Below, piece after piece: positions 25,501-39,715 of a stretch of DNA of 64,000 bases. A program made the translations under genes and the position numbers. This DNA comes from Bugula neritina. Lineage: Eukaryota > Animalia > Bryozoa. The DNA is taken from NCBI GenBank assembly GCA_964035545.1, contig CAXIUT010000103.1:248001-312000 (forward strand), given 5' to 3'. Positions within the stretch are counted from its first letter, which is position 1. Each line of letters opens with the position of its first letter. The notes under the pieces are model-generated. The model had not been told where the DNA came from. It did no database searches and saw only the letters and a program-made list of their open reading frames with translations.

Positions 25501-27612
25501 GAGAAAGCTCATCTGCAGCGCCATTTCACAGTGTTATATTTTGCTAGAGCAATAACTAATTTTAGATGCCTTTGCAAACATATGAGAAATAACTGAGTCA
25601 TTCTATGAAAAGAGGTGTTTGCAGCACTTGTCGACTTTTGATTTACACGCGGCATGGAAACTTTTGTAGTTTTAAATAATATCTCCAAACTCATCACTTG
25701 CATGTGTTTAGATACTTGATGAAAATTTTTATGCATAACTTGATGCCTGCTTCAAAGACACCAGTGCTTAGTTACTGTGTTAAATGTATTGGCACGTTGC
25801 CATGAGATATTTGGTAATATTTCGCATCACAACAAACTCTTCAGAAAGTTAAGAAAATCAGTCTAGAAAGTTAATGAAATAAACCTACCAGAGAGAGTAA
25901 GCCAGATGTAACAAGTAGATCCAAAACAAGTTGATTAACAATTGAAGTTGAAATCTCCATGTAGTCAACACTTTAGTCCTAATGTCAAATGCAAACGTCT
26001 GCAACCAAACTGTGTAGACTTCATGAGCTGGTTAGCTGACAGGACTCATTAAAGTTCTTGACTCTTGTGTGTATAGTGATGCCCATCTTGAACCAGAGAA
26101 GGCTGACTGAAGACTGCTACTTTGTGAAAATTGACAATGCATATTATTATTATTCATTGTTGAGATTCACGACTGCCATACACAATGATAAAATATTCAT
26201 TGTTGGTACTACTGAGTAGAATAAAATATAATATAATATTATTTTCTGGACAGATAAATAATATCAAATGCATATTATAACTTACCATAAATCTACAGTG
26301 CTTCACATCTTCACCTTTTTCTGCAATGTTATTTCTTTGCAGTTAGAAGTACTAGCTGAATATACGACTATGAAACAAAACCCTTCAATTTCATTGCACC
26401 AGCACCAGTTGCAAGATAGGTGTGTTGGGAGTTATCTTTCCCAAAATTTTGTTCTTGGTGTTTATACGAAGCAGACACAGGCTAATATTAGTTTTGTAAT
26501 TTGCAAGAGTTTTTCTGTCTGATTGTCCATCAGCAAAAGTTTTCGCCTTGCAGTTATTATGGAAATACCAGTGATGCTGGAAGACCTTTGCATTGTACAC
26601 CCGCTTTTACTATTGAATTTAGATGTTTCATTTTCCCATCCCATCTCCTGCCCCCCCCCCTGTCCCCTCTAACAACCAGCAATCCTGACTCATGTGAATT
26701 GTGTTATTGTTCTAGAGTTGGCCCATGGGCCTACAGTATACGATTTGAAGCTTTATAGTTTACAGGCAGTGGAGATGAGTCACTGCTGAAACCCATTTTA
26801 TTAGTAGACTATATTGCTCTTCAATCATCAGTTTTCATATTAAAAGAGAAAGCTCATCTGCAGCGCCATTTCACAGTGTTATATTTTGCTAGAGCAATAA
26901 CTAATTTTAGATGCCTTTGCAAACATATGAGAAATAACTGAGTCATTCTATGAAAAGAGGTGTTTGCAGCACTTGTCCACTTTTGATTTACACGCGGCAT
27001 GGAAACTTTTGTAGTTTTAAATAGTATCTCCAAACTCATCACTTGCATGCGTTTAGATATTTGATGAAAATTTTTATGCATAACTTGATGCCTGCTTCAA
27101 AGACACCAGTGCTTAATTACTGTGTTAACTGTATTGGCACGTTGCCATGAGATATTTGGTAATATTTCGCATCACAACAAACTCTTCAGAAAGTTAAGAA
27201 AATCAGTATAGAAAGTTAATGAAATAAACCTACCAGAGAGAGTAAGCCAGATGTAACAAGTAGATCCAAAACAAGTTGATTAACAATTGAAGTTGAAATC
27301 TCCATGTAGTCAACACTTTAGTCCTAATGTCAAATGCAAACGTCTGCAACCAAACTGTGTAGACTTCATGAGCTGGTTAGCTGACAGGACTCATTAAAGT
27401 TCTTGACTCTTGTGTGTATAGTGATGCCCATCTTGAACCAGAGAAGGCTGACTGAAGACTGCTACTTTGTGAAAATTGACAATGCATATTATTATTATTC
27501 ATTGTTGAGATTCACGACTGCCATACACAATGATAAAATATTCATTGTTGGTACTACTGAGTAGAATAAAATATAATATAATATTATTTTCTGGACAGAT
27601 AAATAATATCAA
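19552..27612. repeat. Dimeric higher-order repeat (2687 bp), 3 more copies
   Basis: Markers at 19552, 20894, 22239, 23581, 24926, 26268 and 27613 alternate 1342/1345 with the same A/B diagnostic variants. Confidence 0.92.
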
Positions 27613-30600
27613 ATGCATATTATAACTTACCATAAATCTACAGTGCTTCACATCTTCACCTTTTTCTGCAATGTTATTTCTTTGCAGTTAGAAGTACTAG
27701 CTGAATATACGACTATGAAACAAAACCCTTCAATTTCATTGCACCAGCACCAGTTGCAAGATAGGTGTGTTGGGAGTTATCTTTCCCAAAATTTTGTTCT
27801 TGGTGTTTATACGAAGCAGACACAGGCTAATATTAGTTTTGTAATTTGCAAAAGTTTTTCTGTCTGATTGTCCATCAGCAAAAGTTTGCGCCTTGCAGTT
27901 ATTATGGAAATACCAGTGATGCTGGAAGACCTTTGCATTGTACACCCGCTTTTACTATTGAATTTAGATGTTTCATTTTCCCATCCCATCTCCTGCCCCC
28001 CCCCTGTCCCCTCTAACAACCAGCAATCCTGACTCATGTGAATTGTGTTATTGTTCTAGAGTTGGCCCATGGGCCTACAGTATACGATTTGAAGCTTTAT
28101 AGTTTACAGGCAGTGGAGATGAGTCACTGCTGAAACCCATTTTATTAGTAGACTATATTGCTCTTCAATCATCAGTTTTCATATTAAAAGAGAAAGCTCA
28201 TCTGCAGCGCCATTTCACAGTGTTATATTTTGCTAGAGCAATAACTAATTTTAGATGCCTTTGCAAACATATGAGAAATAACTGAGTCATTCTATGAAAA
28301 GAGGTGTTTGCAGCACTTGTCGACTTTTGATTTACACGCGGCATGGAAACTTTTGTAGTTTTAAATAATATCTCCAAACTCATCACTTGCATGTGTTTAG
28401 ATACTTGATGAAAATTTTTATGCATAACTTGATGCCTGCTTCAAAGACACCAGTGCTTAGTTACTGTGTTAAATGTATTGGCACGTTGCCATGAGATATT
28501 TGGTAATATTTCGCATCACAACAAACTCTTCAGAAAGTTAAGAAAATCAGTCTAGAAAGTTAATGAAATAAACCTACCAGAGAGAGTAAGCCAGATGTAA
28601 CAAGTAGATCCAAAACAAGTTGATTAACAATTGAAGTTGAAATCTCCATGTAGTCAACACTTTAGTCCTAATGTCAAATGCAAACGTCTGCAACCAAACT
28701 GTGTAGACTTCATGAGCTGGTTAGCTGACAGGACTCATTAAAGTTCTTGACTCTTGTGTGTATAGTGATGCCCATCTTGAACCAGAGAAGGCTGACTGAA
28801 GACTGCTACTTTGTGAAAATTGACAATGCATATTATTATTATTCATTGTTGAGATTCACGACTGCCATACACAATGATAAAATATTCATTGTTGGTACTA
28901 CTGAGTAGAATAAAATATAATATAATATTATTTTCTGGACAGATAAATAATATCAAATGCATATTATAACTTACCATAAATCTACAGTGCTTCACATCTT
29001 CACCTTTTTCTGCAATGTTATTTCTTTGCAGTTAGAAGTACTAGCTGAATATACGACTATGAAACAAAACCCTTCAATTTCATTGCACCAGCACCAGTTG
29101 CAAGATAGGTGTGTTGGGAGTTATCTTTCCCAAAATTTTGTTCTTGGTGTTTATACGAAGCAGACACAGGCTAATATTAGTTTTGTAATTTGCAAAAGTT
29201 TTTCTGTCTGATTGTCCATCAGCAAAAGTTTTCGCCTTGCAGTTATTATGGAAATACCAGTGATGCTGGAAGACCTTTGCATTGTACACCCGCTTTTACT
29301 ATTGAATTTAGATGTTTCATTTTCCCATCCCATCTCCTGCCCCCCCCCCCCTGTCCCCTCTAACAACCAGCAATCCTGACTCATGTGAATTGTGTTATTG
29401 TTCTAGAGTTGGCCCATGGGCCTACAGTATACGATTTGAAGCTTTATAGTTTACAGGCAGTGGAGATGAGTCACTGCTGAAACCCATTTTATTAGTAGAC
29501 TATATTGCTCTTCAATCATCAGTTTTCATATTAAAAGAGAAAGCTCATCTGCAGCGCCATTTCACAGTGTTATATTTTGCTAGAGCAATAACTAATTTTA
29601 GATGCCTTTGCAAACATATGAGAAATAAATGAGTCAGTCTATGAAAAGAGGTGTTTGCAGCAATTGTCCACTTTTGATTTACACGCGGCATGGAAACTTT
29701 TGTAGTTTTAAATAATACCTCCAAACTCATCACTTGCATGTGTTTAGATACCTGATAAATTATTTTATGCAAAACTTGATGCCTGCTTCAAAGACACCAG
29801 TGCTTAATTACTGTGTTAACTGTATTGGCACGTTGCCATGAGATATTTGGTAATATTTCGCATCACAACAAACTCTTCAGAAAGTTAAGAAAATCAGTAT
29901 AGAAAGTTAATGAAATAAACCTACCAGAGAGAGTAAGCCAGATGTAACAAGTAGATCCAAAACAAGTTGATTAACAATTGAAGTTGAAATCTCCATGTAG
30001 TCAACACTTTAGTCCTAATGTCAAATGCAAACGTCTGCAACCAAACTGTGTAGACTTCATGAGCTGGTTAGCTGACAGGACTCATTAAAGTTCTTGACTC
30101 TTGTGTGTATAGTGATGCCCATCTTGAACCAGAGAAGGCTGACTGAAGACTGCTACTTTGTGAAAATTGACAATGCATATTATTATTATTCATTGTTGAG
30201 ATTCACGACTGCCATACACAATGATAAAATATTCATTGTTGGTACTACTGAGTAGAATAAAATATAATATAATATTATTTTCTGGACAGATAAATAATAT
30301 CAAATGCATATTATAACTTACCATAAATCTACAGTGCTTCACATCTTCACCTTTTTCTGCAATGTTATTTCTTTGCAGTTAGAAGTACTAGCTGAATATA
30401 CGACTATGAAACAAAACCCTTCAATTTCATTGCACCAGCACCAGTTGCAAGATAGGTGTGTTGGGAGTTATCTTTCCCAAAATTTTGTTCTTGGTGTTTA
30501 TACGAAGCAGACACAGGCTAATATTAGTTTTGTAATTTGCAAAAGTTTTTCTGTCTGATTGTCCATCAGCAAAAGTTTTCGCCTTGCAGTTATTATGGAA

Positions 30601-33600
30601 ATACCAGTGATGCTGGAAGACCTTTGCATTGTACACCCGCTTTTACTATTGAATTTAGATGTTTCATTTTCCCATCCCATCTCCTGCCCCCCCCCCTGTC
30701 CCCTCTAACAACCAGCAATCCTGACTCATGTGAATTGTGTTATTGTTCTAGAGTTGGCCCATGGGCCTACAGTATACGATTTGAAGCTTTATAGTTTACA
30801 GGCAGTGGAGATGAGTCACTGCTGAAACCCATTTTATTAGTAGACTATATTGCTCTTCAATCATCAGTTTTCATATTAAAAGAGAAAGCTCATCTGCAGC
30901 GCCATTTCACAGTGTTATATTTTGCTAGAGCAATAACTAATTTTAGATGCCTTTGCAAACATATGAGAAATAACTGAGTCATTCTATGAAAAGAGGTGTT
31001 TGCAGCACTTGTCCACTTTTGATTTACACGCGGCATGGAAACTTTTGTAGTTTTAAATAGTATCTCCAAACTCATCACTTGCATGCGTTTAGATATTTGA
31101 TGAAAATTTTTATGCATAACTTGATGCCTGCTTCAAAGACACCAGTGCTTAATTACTGTGTTAACTGTATTGGCACGTTGCCATGAGATATTTGGTAATA
31201 TTTCGCATCACAACAAACTCTTCAGAAAGTTAAGAAAATCAGTATAGAAAGTTAATGAAATAAACCTACCAGAGAGAGTAAGCCAGATGTAACAAGTAGA
31301 TCCAAAACAAGTTGATTAACAATTGAAGTTGAAATCTCCATGTAGTCAACACTTTAGTCCTAATGTCAAATGCAAACGTCTGCAACCAAACTGTGTAGAC
31401 TTCATGAGCTGGTTAGCTGACAGGACTCATTAAAGTTCTTAATTCTTGTGTGTATAGTGATGCCCATCTTGTACTAGAGAGGGCTGACTGAAGACTGCTA
31501 TTTTGTGAAAATTGACAATGCACATTATTATTATTCATTGTTGAGATTCACGACTGCCATAAACAATGATAAAATATTCATTGTTGGTACTAGTGAGTAG
31601 AATAAAATATAATATAATATTGTTTTCTGGACAGATAAGTAATATCAAATGCATATTATAACTTACCATAAATCTACAGTGCTTCACATCTTCACCTTTT
31701 TCTGCAATGTTATTTCTTTGCAGTTAGAAGTACTAGCTGAATATATGACTATGAAACATAACCCTTCAATTTCATTGCACCAGCACCAGTTGCAAGATAG
31801 GTGTGTTGGGAGTTATCTTTCCCAAAATTTTGTTCTTGGTGTTTATACGAAGCAGACACAGGCTAATATTAGTTTGGTTATTTGCAAGAGTTTTTCTGTC
31901 TGATTGTCCATCAGCAAAAGTTTGCGCCTTGCAGTTATTATGGAAATACCAGTGATGCTGGAAGACCTGTGCATTGTACACCTGCCTTTACTATTGAATT
32001 TAGATGTTTTATTTTCCCATATCCCCTCTCCTGCCCCCTGCCCCCTCTAACAACCAGCAATCCTGACTCATGTGAATTGTGTTATTGTTCTAGAGTTGGC
32101 CCATGGGCCTACAGTATACGATTTGAAGCTTTATAGTTTACAGGCAGTGGAGATGAGTCACTGCTGAAACCCATTTTATTAGTAGACTATATTGCTCTTC
32201 AATCATCAGTTTTCATATTAAAAGAGAAAGCTCATCTGCAGCGCCATTTCACAGTGTTATATTTTGCTAGAGCAATAACTAATTTTAGATGCCTTTGCAA
32301 ACATATGAGAAATAACTGAGTCATTCTATGAAAAGAGGTGTTTGCAGCACTTGTCGACTTTTGATTTACACGCGGCATGGAAACTTTTGTAGTTTTAAAT
32401 AATATCTCCAAACTCATCACTTGCATGTGTTTAGATACTTGATGAAAATTTTTATGCATAACTTGATGCCTGCTTCAAAGACACCAGTGCTTAGTTACTG
32501 TGTTAAATGTATTGGCACGTTGCCATGAGATATTTGGTAATATTTCGCATCACAACAAACTCTTCAGAAAGTTAAGAAAATCAGTCTAGAAAGTTAATGA
32601 AATAAACCTACCAGAGAGAGTAAGCCAGATGTAACAAGTAGATCCAAAACAAGTTGATTAACAATTGAAGTTGAAATCTCCATGTAGTCAACACTTTAGT
32701 CCTAATGTCAAATGCAAACGTCTGCAACCAAACTGTGTAGACTTCATGAGCTGGTTAGCTGACAGGACTCATTAAAGTTCTTGACTCTTGTGTGTATAGT
32801 GATGCCCATCTTGAACCAGAGAAGGCTGACTGAAGACTGCTACTTTGTGAAAATTGACAATGCATATTATTATTATTCATTGTTGAGATTCACGACTGCC
32901 ATACACAATGATAAAATATTCATTGTTGGTACTACTGAGTAGAATAAAATATAATATAATATTATTTTCTGGACAGATAAATAATATCAAATGCATATTA
33001 TAACTTACCATAAATCTACAGTGCTTCACATCTTCACCTTTTTCTGCAATGTTATTTCTTTGCAGTTAGAAGTACTAGCTGAATATACGACTATGAAACA
33101 AAACCCTTCAATTTCATTGCACCAGCACCAGTTGCAAGATAGGTGTGTTGGGAGTTATCTTTCCCAAAATTTTGTTCTTGGTGTTTATACGAAGCAGACA
33201 CAGGCTAATATTAGTTTTGTAATTTGCAAAAGTTTTTCTGTCTGATTGTCCATCAGCAAAAGTTTGCGCCTTGCAGTTATTATGGAAATACCAGTGATGC
33301 TGGAAGACCTTTGCATTGTACACCCGCTTTTACTATTGAATTTAGATGTTTCATTTTCCCATCCCATCTCCTGCCCCCCCCCTGTCCCCTCTAACAACCA
33401 GCAATCCTGACTCATGTGAATTGTGTTATTGTTCTAGAGTTGGCCCATGGGCCTACAGTATACGATTTGAAGCTTTATAGTTTACAGGCAGTGGAGATGA
33501 GTCACTGCTGAAACCCATTTTATTAGTAGACTATATTGCTCTTCAATCATCAGTTTTCATATTAAAAGAGAAAGCTCATCTGCAGCGCCATTTCACAGTG

Positions 33601-36600
33601 TTATATTTTGCTAGAGCAATAACTAATTTTAGATGCCTTTGCAAACATATGAGAAATAACTGAGTCATTCTATGAAAAGAGGTGTTTGCAGCACTTGTCG
33701 ACTTTTGATTTACACGCGGCATGGAAACTTTTGTAGTTTTAAATAATATCTCCAAACTCATCACTTGCATGTGTTTAGATACTTGATGAAAATTTTTATG
33801 CATAACTTGATGCCTGCTTCAAAGACACCAGTGCTTAGTTACTGTGTTAAATGTATTGGCACGTTGCCATGAGATATTTGGTAATATTTCGCATCACAAC
33901 AAACTCTTCAGAAAGTTAAGAAAATCAGTCTAGAAAGTTAATGAAATAAACCTACCAGAGAGAGTAAGCCAGATGTAACAAGTAGATCCAAAACAAGTTG
34001 ATTAACAATTGAAGTTGAAATCTCCATGTAGTCAACACTTTAGTCCTAATGTCAAATGCAAACGTCTGCAACCAAACTGTGTAGACTTCATGAGCTGGTT
34101 AGCTGACAGGACTCATTAAAGTTCTTGACTCTTGTGTGTATAGTGATGCCCATCTTGAACCAGAGAAGGCTGACTGAAGACTGCTACTTTGTGAAAATTG
34201 ACAATGCATATTATTATTATTCATTGTTGAGATTCACGACTGCCATACACAATGATAAAATATTCATTGTTGGTACTACTGAGTAGAATAAAATATAATA
34301 TAATATTATTTTCTGGACAGATAAATAATATCAAATGCATATTATAACTTACCATAAATCTACAGTGCTTCACATCTTCACCTTTTTCTGCAATGTTATT
34401 TCTTTGCAGTTAGAAGTACTAGCTGAATATACGACTATGAAACAAAACCCTTCAATTTCATTGCACCAGCACCAGTTGCAAGATAGGTGTGTTGGGAGTT
34501 ATCTTTCCCAAAATTTTGTTCTTGGTGTTTATACGAAGCAGACACAGGCTAATATTAGTTTTGTAATTTGCAAAAGTTTTTCTGTCTGATTGTCCATCAG
34601 CAAAAGTTTTCGCCTTGCAGTTATTATGGAAATACCAGTGATGCTGGAAGACCTTTGCATTGTACACCCGCTTTTACTATTGAATTTAGATGTTTCATTT
34701 TCCCATCCCATCTCCTGCCCCCCCCCCCCCTGTCCCCTCTAACAACCAGCAATCCTGACTCATGTGAATTGTGTTATTGTTCTAGAGTTGGCCCATGGGC
34801 CTACAGTATACGATTTGAAGCTTTATAGTTTACAGGCAGTGGAGATGAGTCACTGCTGAAACCCATTTTATTAGTAGACTATATTGCTCTTCAATCATCA
34901 GTTTTCATATTAAAAGAGAAAGCTCATCTGCAGCGCCATTTCACAGTGTTATATTTTGCTAGAGCAATAACTAATTTTAGATGCCTTTGCAAACATATGA
35001 GAAATAAATGAGTCAGTCTATGAAAAGAGGTGTTTGCAGCAATTGTCCACTTTTGATTTACACGCGGCATGGAAACTTTTGTAGTTTTAAATAATACCTC
35101 CAAACTCATCACTTGCATGTGTTTAGATACCTGATAAATTATTTTATGCAAAACTTGATGCCTGCTTCAAAGACACCAGTGCTTAATTACTGTGTTAACT
35201 GTATTGGCACGTTGCCATGAGATATTTGGTAATATTTCGCATCACAACAAACTCTTCAGAAAGTTAAGAAAATCAGTATAGAAAGTTAATGAAATAAACC
35301 TACCAGAGAGAGTAAGCCAGATGTAACAAGTAGATCCAAAACAAGTTGATTAACAATTGAAGTTGAAATCTCCATGTAGTCAACACTTTAGTCCTAATGT
35401 CAAATGCAAACGTCTGCAACCAAACTGTGTAGACTTCATGAGCTGGTTAGCTGACAGGACTCATTAAAGTTCTTGACTCTTGTGTGTATAGTGATGCCCA
35501 TCTTGAACCAGAGAAGGCTGACTGAAGACTGCTACTTTGTGAAAATTGACAATGCATATTATTATTATTCATTGTTGAGATTCACGACTGCCATACACAA
35601 TGATAAAATATTCATTGTTGGTACTACTGAGTAGAATAAAATATAATATAATATTATTTTCTGGACAGATAAATAATATCAAATGCATATTATAACTTAC
35701 CATAAATCTACAGTGCTTCACATCTTCACCTTTTTCTGCAATGTTATTTCTTTGCAGTTAGAAGTACTAGCTGAATATACGACTATGAAACAAAACCCTT
35801 CAATTTCATTGCACCAGCACCAGTTGCAAGATAGGTGTGTTGGGAGTTATCTTTCCCAAAATTTTGTTCTTGGTGTTTATACGAAGCAGACACAGGCTAA
35901 TATTAGTTTTGTAATTTGCAAAAGTTTTTCTGTCTGATTGTCCATCAGCAAAAGTTTTCGCCTTGCAGTTATTATGGAAATACCAGTGATGCTGGAAGAC
36001 CTTTGCATTGTACACCCGCTTTTACTATTGAATTTAGATGTTTCATTTTCCCATCCCATCTCCTGCCCCCCCCCCCCCCTGTCCCCTCTAACAACCAGCA
36101 ATCCTGACTCATGTGAATTGTGTTATTGTTCTAGAGTTGGCCCATGGGCCTACAGTATACGATTTGAAGCTTTATAGTTTACAGGCAGTGGAGATGAGTC
36201 ACTGCTGAAACCCATTTTATTAGTAGACTATATTGCTCTTCAATCATCAGTTTTCATATTAAAAGAGAAAGCTCATCTGCAGCGCCATTTCACAGTGTTA
36301 TATTTTGCTAGAGCAATAACTAATTTTAGATGCCTTTGCAAACATATGAGAAATAACTGAGTCATTCTATGAAAAGAGGTGTTTGCAGCACTTGTCCACT
36401 TTTGATTTACACGCGGCATGGAAACTTTTGTAGTTTTAAATAGTATCTCCAAACTCATCACTTGCATGCGTTTAGATATTTGATGAAAATTTTTATGCAT
36501 AACTTGATGCCTGCTTCAAAGACACCAGTGCTTAGTTACTGTGTTAAATGTATTGGCACGTTGCCATGAAATATTTGGTAATATTCCGCATCACAACAAA

Positions 36601-39600
36601 CTCTTCAGATAGTTAAGAAAATCAGTCTAGAAAGTTAATGAAATAAACTTACCAGAGAGAGTAAGCCAGATGTAACAAGTAGATCCAAAACAAGTTGATT
36701 AACAATTGAAGTTGAAATCTCCATGTAGTCAACACTTTAGTCCTAATGTCAAATGCAAACGTCTGCAACCAAACTGTGTAGACTTCATGAGCTGGTTAGC
36801 TGACAGGACTCATTAAAGTTCTTGACTCTTGTGTGTATAGTGATGCCCATCTTGAACCAGAGAGGGCTGACTGAAGACTGCTACTTTGTGAAAATTGACA
36901 ATGCATATTATTATTATTCATTGTTGAGATTCACGACTGCCATACACAATGATAAAATATTCATTGTTGGTACTACTGAGTAGAATAAAATATAATATAA
37001 TATTATTTTCTGGACAGATAAATAATATCAAATGCATATTATAACTTACCATAAATCTACAGTGCTTCACATCTTCACCTTTTTCTGCAATGTTATTTCT
37101 TTGCAGTTAGAAGTACTAGCTGAATATACGACTATGAAACAAAACCCTTCAATTTCATTGCACCAGCACCAGTTGCAAGATAGGTGTGTTGGGAGTTATC
37201 TTTCCCAAAATTTTGTTCTTGGTGTTTATACGAAGCAGACACAGGCTAATATTAGTTTTGTAATTTGCAAGAGTTTTTCTGTCTGATTGTCCATCAGCAA
37301 AAGTTTTCGCCTTGCAGTTATTATGGAAATACCAGTGATGCTCGAAGACCTGTGCATTGTACACCTGCCTTTACTATTGAATTTAGATGTTTTATTTTCC
37401 CATATCCCCTCTCCTGCCCCCTGCCCCCTCTAACAACCAGCAATCCTGACTCATGTGAGTTGTGTTATTGTTCTAGAGTTGGCCCATGGGCCTACAGTAT
37501 ACGATTTGAAGCTTTATAGTTTACAGGCAGTGGAGATGAGTCACTGCTGAAACCCAATTTATTAGTAGACTATATTGCTCTTCAATCATCAGTTTTCATA
37601 TTAAAAGAGAAAGCTCATCTGCAGCGCCATTTCACAGTGTTATATTTTGCTAGAGCAATAACTAATTTTAGATGCCTTTGCAAACATATGAGAAATAAAT
37701 GAGTCAGTCTATGAAAAGAGGTGTTTGCAGCAATTGTCCACTTTTGATTTACACGCGGCATGGAAACTTTTGTAGTTTTAAATAATACCTCCAAACTCAT
37801 CACTTGCATGTGTTTAGATACCTGATAAATTATTTTATGCAAAACTTGATGCCTGCTTCAAAGACACCAGTGCTTAATTACTGTGTTAACTGTATTGGCA
37901 CGTTGCCATGAGATATTTGGTAATATTTCGCATCACAACAAACTCTTCAGAAAGTTAAGAAAATCAGTATAGAAAGTTAATGAAATAAACCTACCAGAGA
38001 GAGTAAGCCAGATGTAACAAGTAGATCCAAAACAAGTTGATTAACAATTGAAGTTGAAATCTCCATGTAGTCAACACTTTAGTCCTAATGTCAAATGCAA
38101 ACGTCTGCAACCAAACTGTGTAGACTTCATGAGCTGGTTAGCTGACAGGACTCATTAAAGTTCTTAATTCTTGTGTGTATAGTGATGCCCATCTTGTACT
38201 AGAGAGGGCTGACTGAAGACTGCTATTTTGTGAAAATTGACAATGCACATTATTATTATTCATTGTTGAGATTCACGACTGCCATAAACAATGATAAAAT
38301 ATTCATTGTTGGTACTAGTGAGTAGAATAAAATATAATATAATATTGTTTTCTGGACAGATAAGTAATATCAAATGCATATTATAACTTACCATAAATCT
38401 ACAGTGCTTCACATCTTCACCTTTTTCTGCAATGTTATTTCTTTGCAGTTAGAAGTACTAGCTGAATATATGACTATGAAACATAACCCTTCAATTTCAT
38501 TGCACCAGCACCAGTTGCAAGATAGGTGTGTTGGGAGTTATCTTTCCCAAAATTTTGTTCTTGGTGTTTATACGAAGCAGACACAGGCTAATATTAGTTT
38601 GGTTATTTGCAAGAGTTTTTCTGTCTGATTGTCCATCAGCAAAAGTTTGCGCCTTGCAGTTATTATGGAAATACCAGTGATGCTGGAAGACCTGTGCATT
38701 GTACACCTGCCTTTACTATTGAATTTAGATGTTTTATTTTCCCATATCCCCTCTCCTGCCCCCTGCCCCCTCTAACAACCAGCAATCCTGACTCATGTGA
38801 ATTGTGTTATTGTTCTAGAGTTGGCCCATGGGCCTACAGTATACGATTTGAAGCTTTATAGTTTACAGGCAGTGGAGATGAGTCACTGCTGAAACCCATT
38901 TTATTAGTAGACTATATTGCTCTTCAATCATCAGTTTTCATATTAAAAGAGAAAGCTCATCTGCAGCGCCATTTCACAGTGTTATATTTTGCTAGAGCAA
39001 TAACTAATTTTAGATGCCTTTGCAAACATATGAGAAATAACTGAGTCATTCTATGAAAAGAGGTGTTTGCAGCACTTGTCGACTTTTGATTTACACGCGG
39101 CATGGAAACTTTTGTAGTTTTAAATAATATCTCCAAACTCATCACTTGCATGTGTTTAGATACTTGATGAAAATTTTTATGCATAACTTGATGCCTGCTT
39201 CAAAGACACCAGTGCTTAGTTACTGTGTTAAATGTATTGGCACGTTGCCATGAGATATTTGGTAATATTTCGCATCACAACAAACTCTTCAGAAAGTTAA
39301 GAAAATCAGTCTAGAAAGTTAATGAAATAAACCTACCAGAGAGAGTAAGCCAGATGTAACAAGTAGATCCAAAACAAGTTGATTAACAATTGAAGTTGAA
39401 ATCTCCATGTAGTCAACACTTTAGTCCTAATGTCAAATGCAAACGTCTGCAACCAAACTGTGTAGACTTCATGAGCTGGTTAGCTGACAGGACTCATTAA
39501 AGTTCTTGACTCTTGTGTGTATAGTGATGCCCATCTTGAACCAGAGAAGGCTGACTGAAGACTGCTACTTTGTGAAAATTGACAATGCATATTATTATTA

Positions 39601-39715
39601 TTCATTGTTGAGATTCACGACTGCCATACACAATGATAAAATATTCATTGTTGGTACTACTGAGTAGAATAAAATATAATATAATATTATTTTCTGGACA
39701 GATAAATAATATCAA
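27613..39715. repeat. 4-mer block (5378 bp) duplicated, second copy carrying one extra monomer
   Basis: A C9-tract monomer with TTTGCGCC occurs at 27613 and 32991. Each is followed by a long-C monomer and the 'MHKIIYQ' haplotype (29545, 34924). The 'YMT..ISLV' monomer occurs at 31649 and 38374, with an additional A-type monomer at 37032. Confidence 0.75.
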
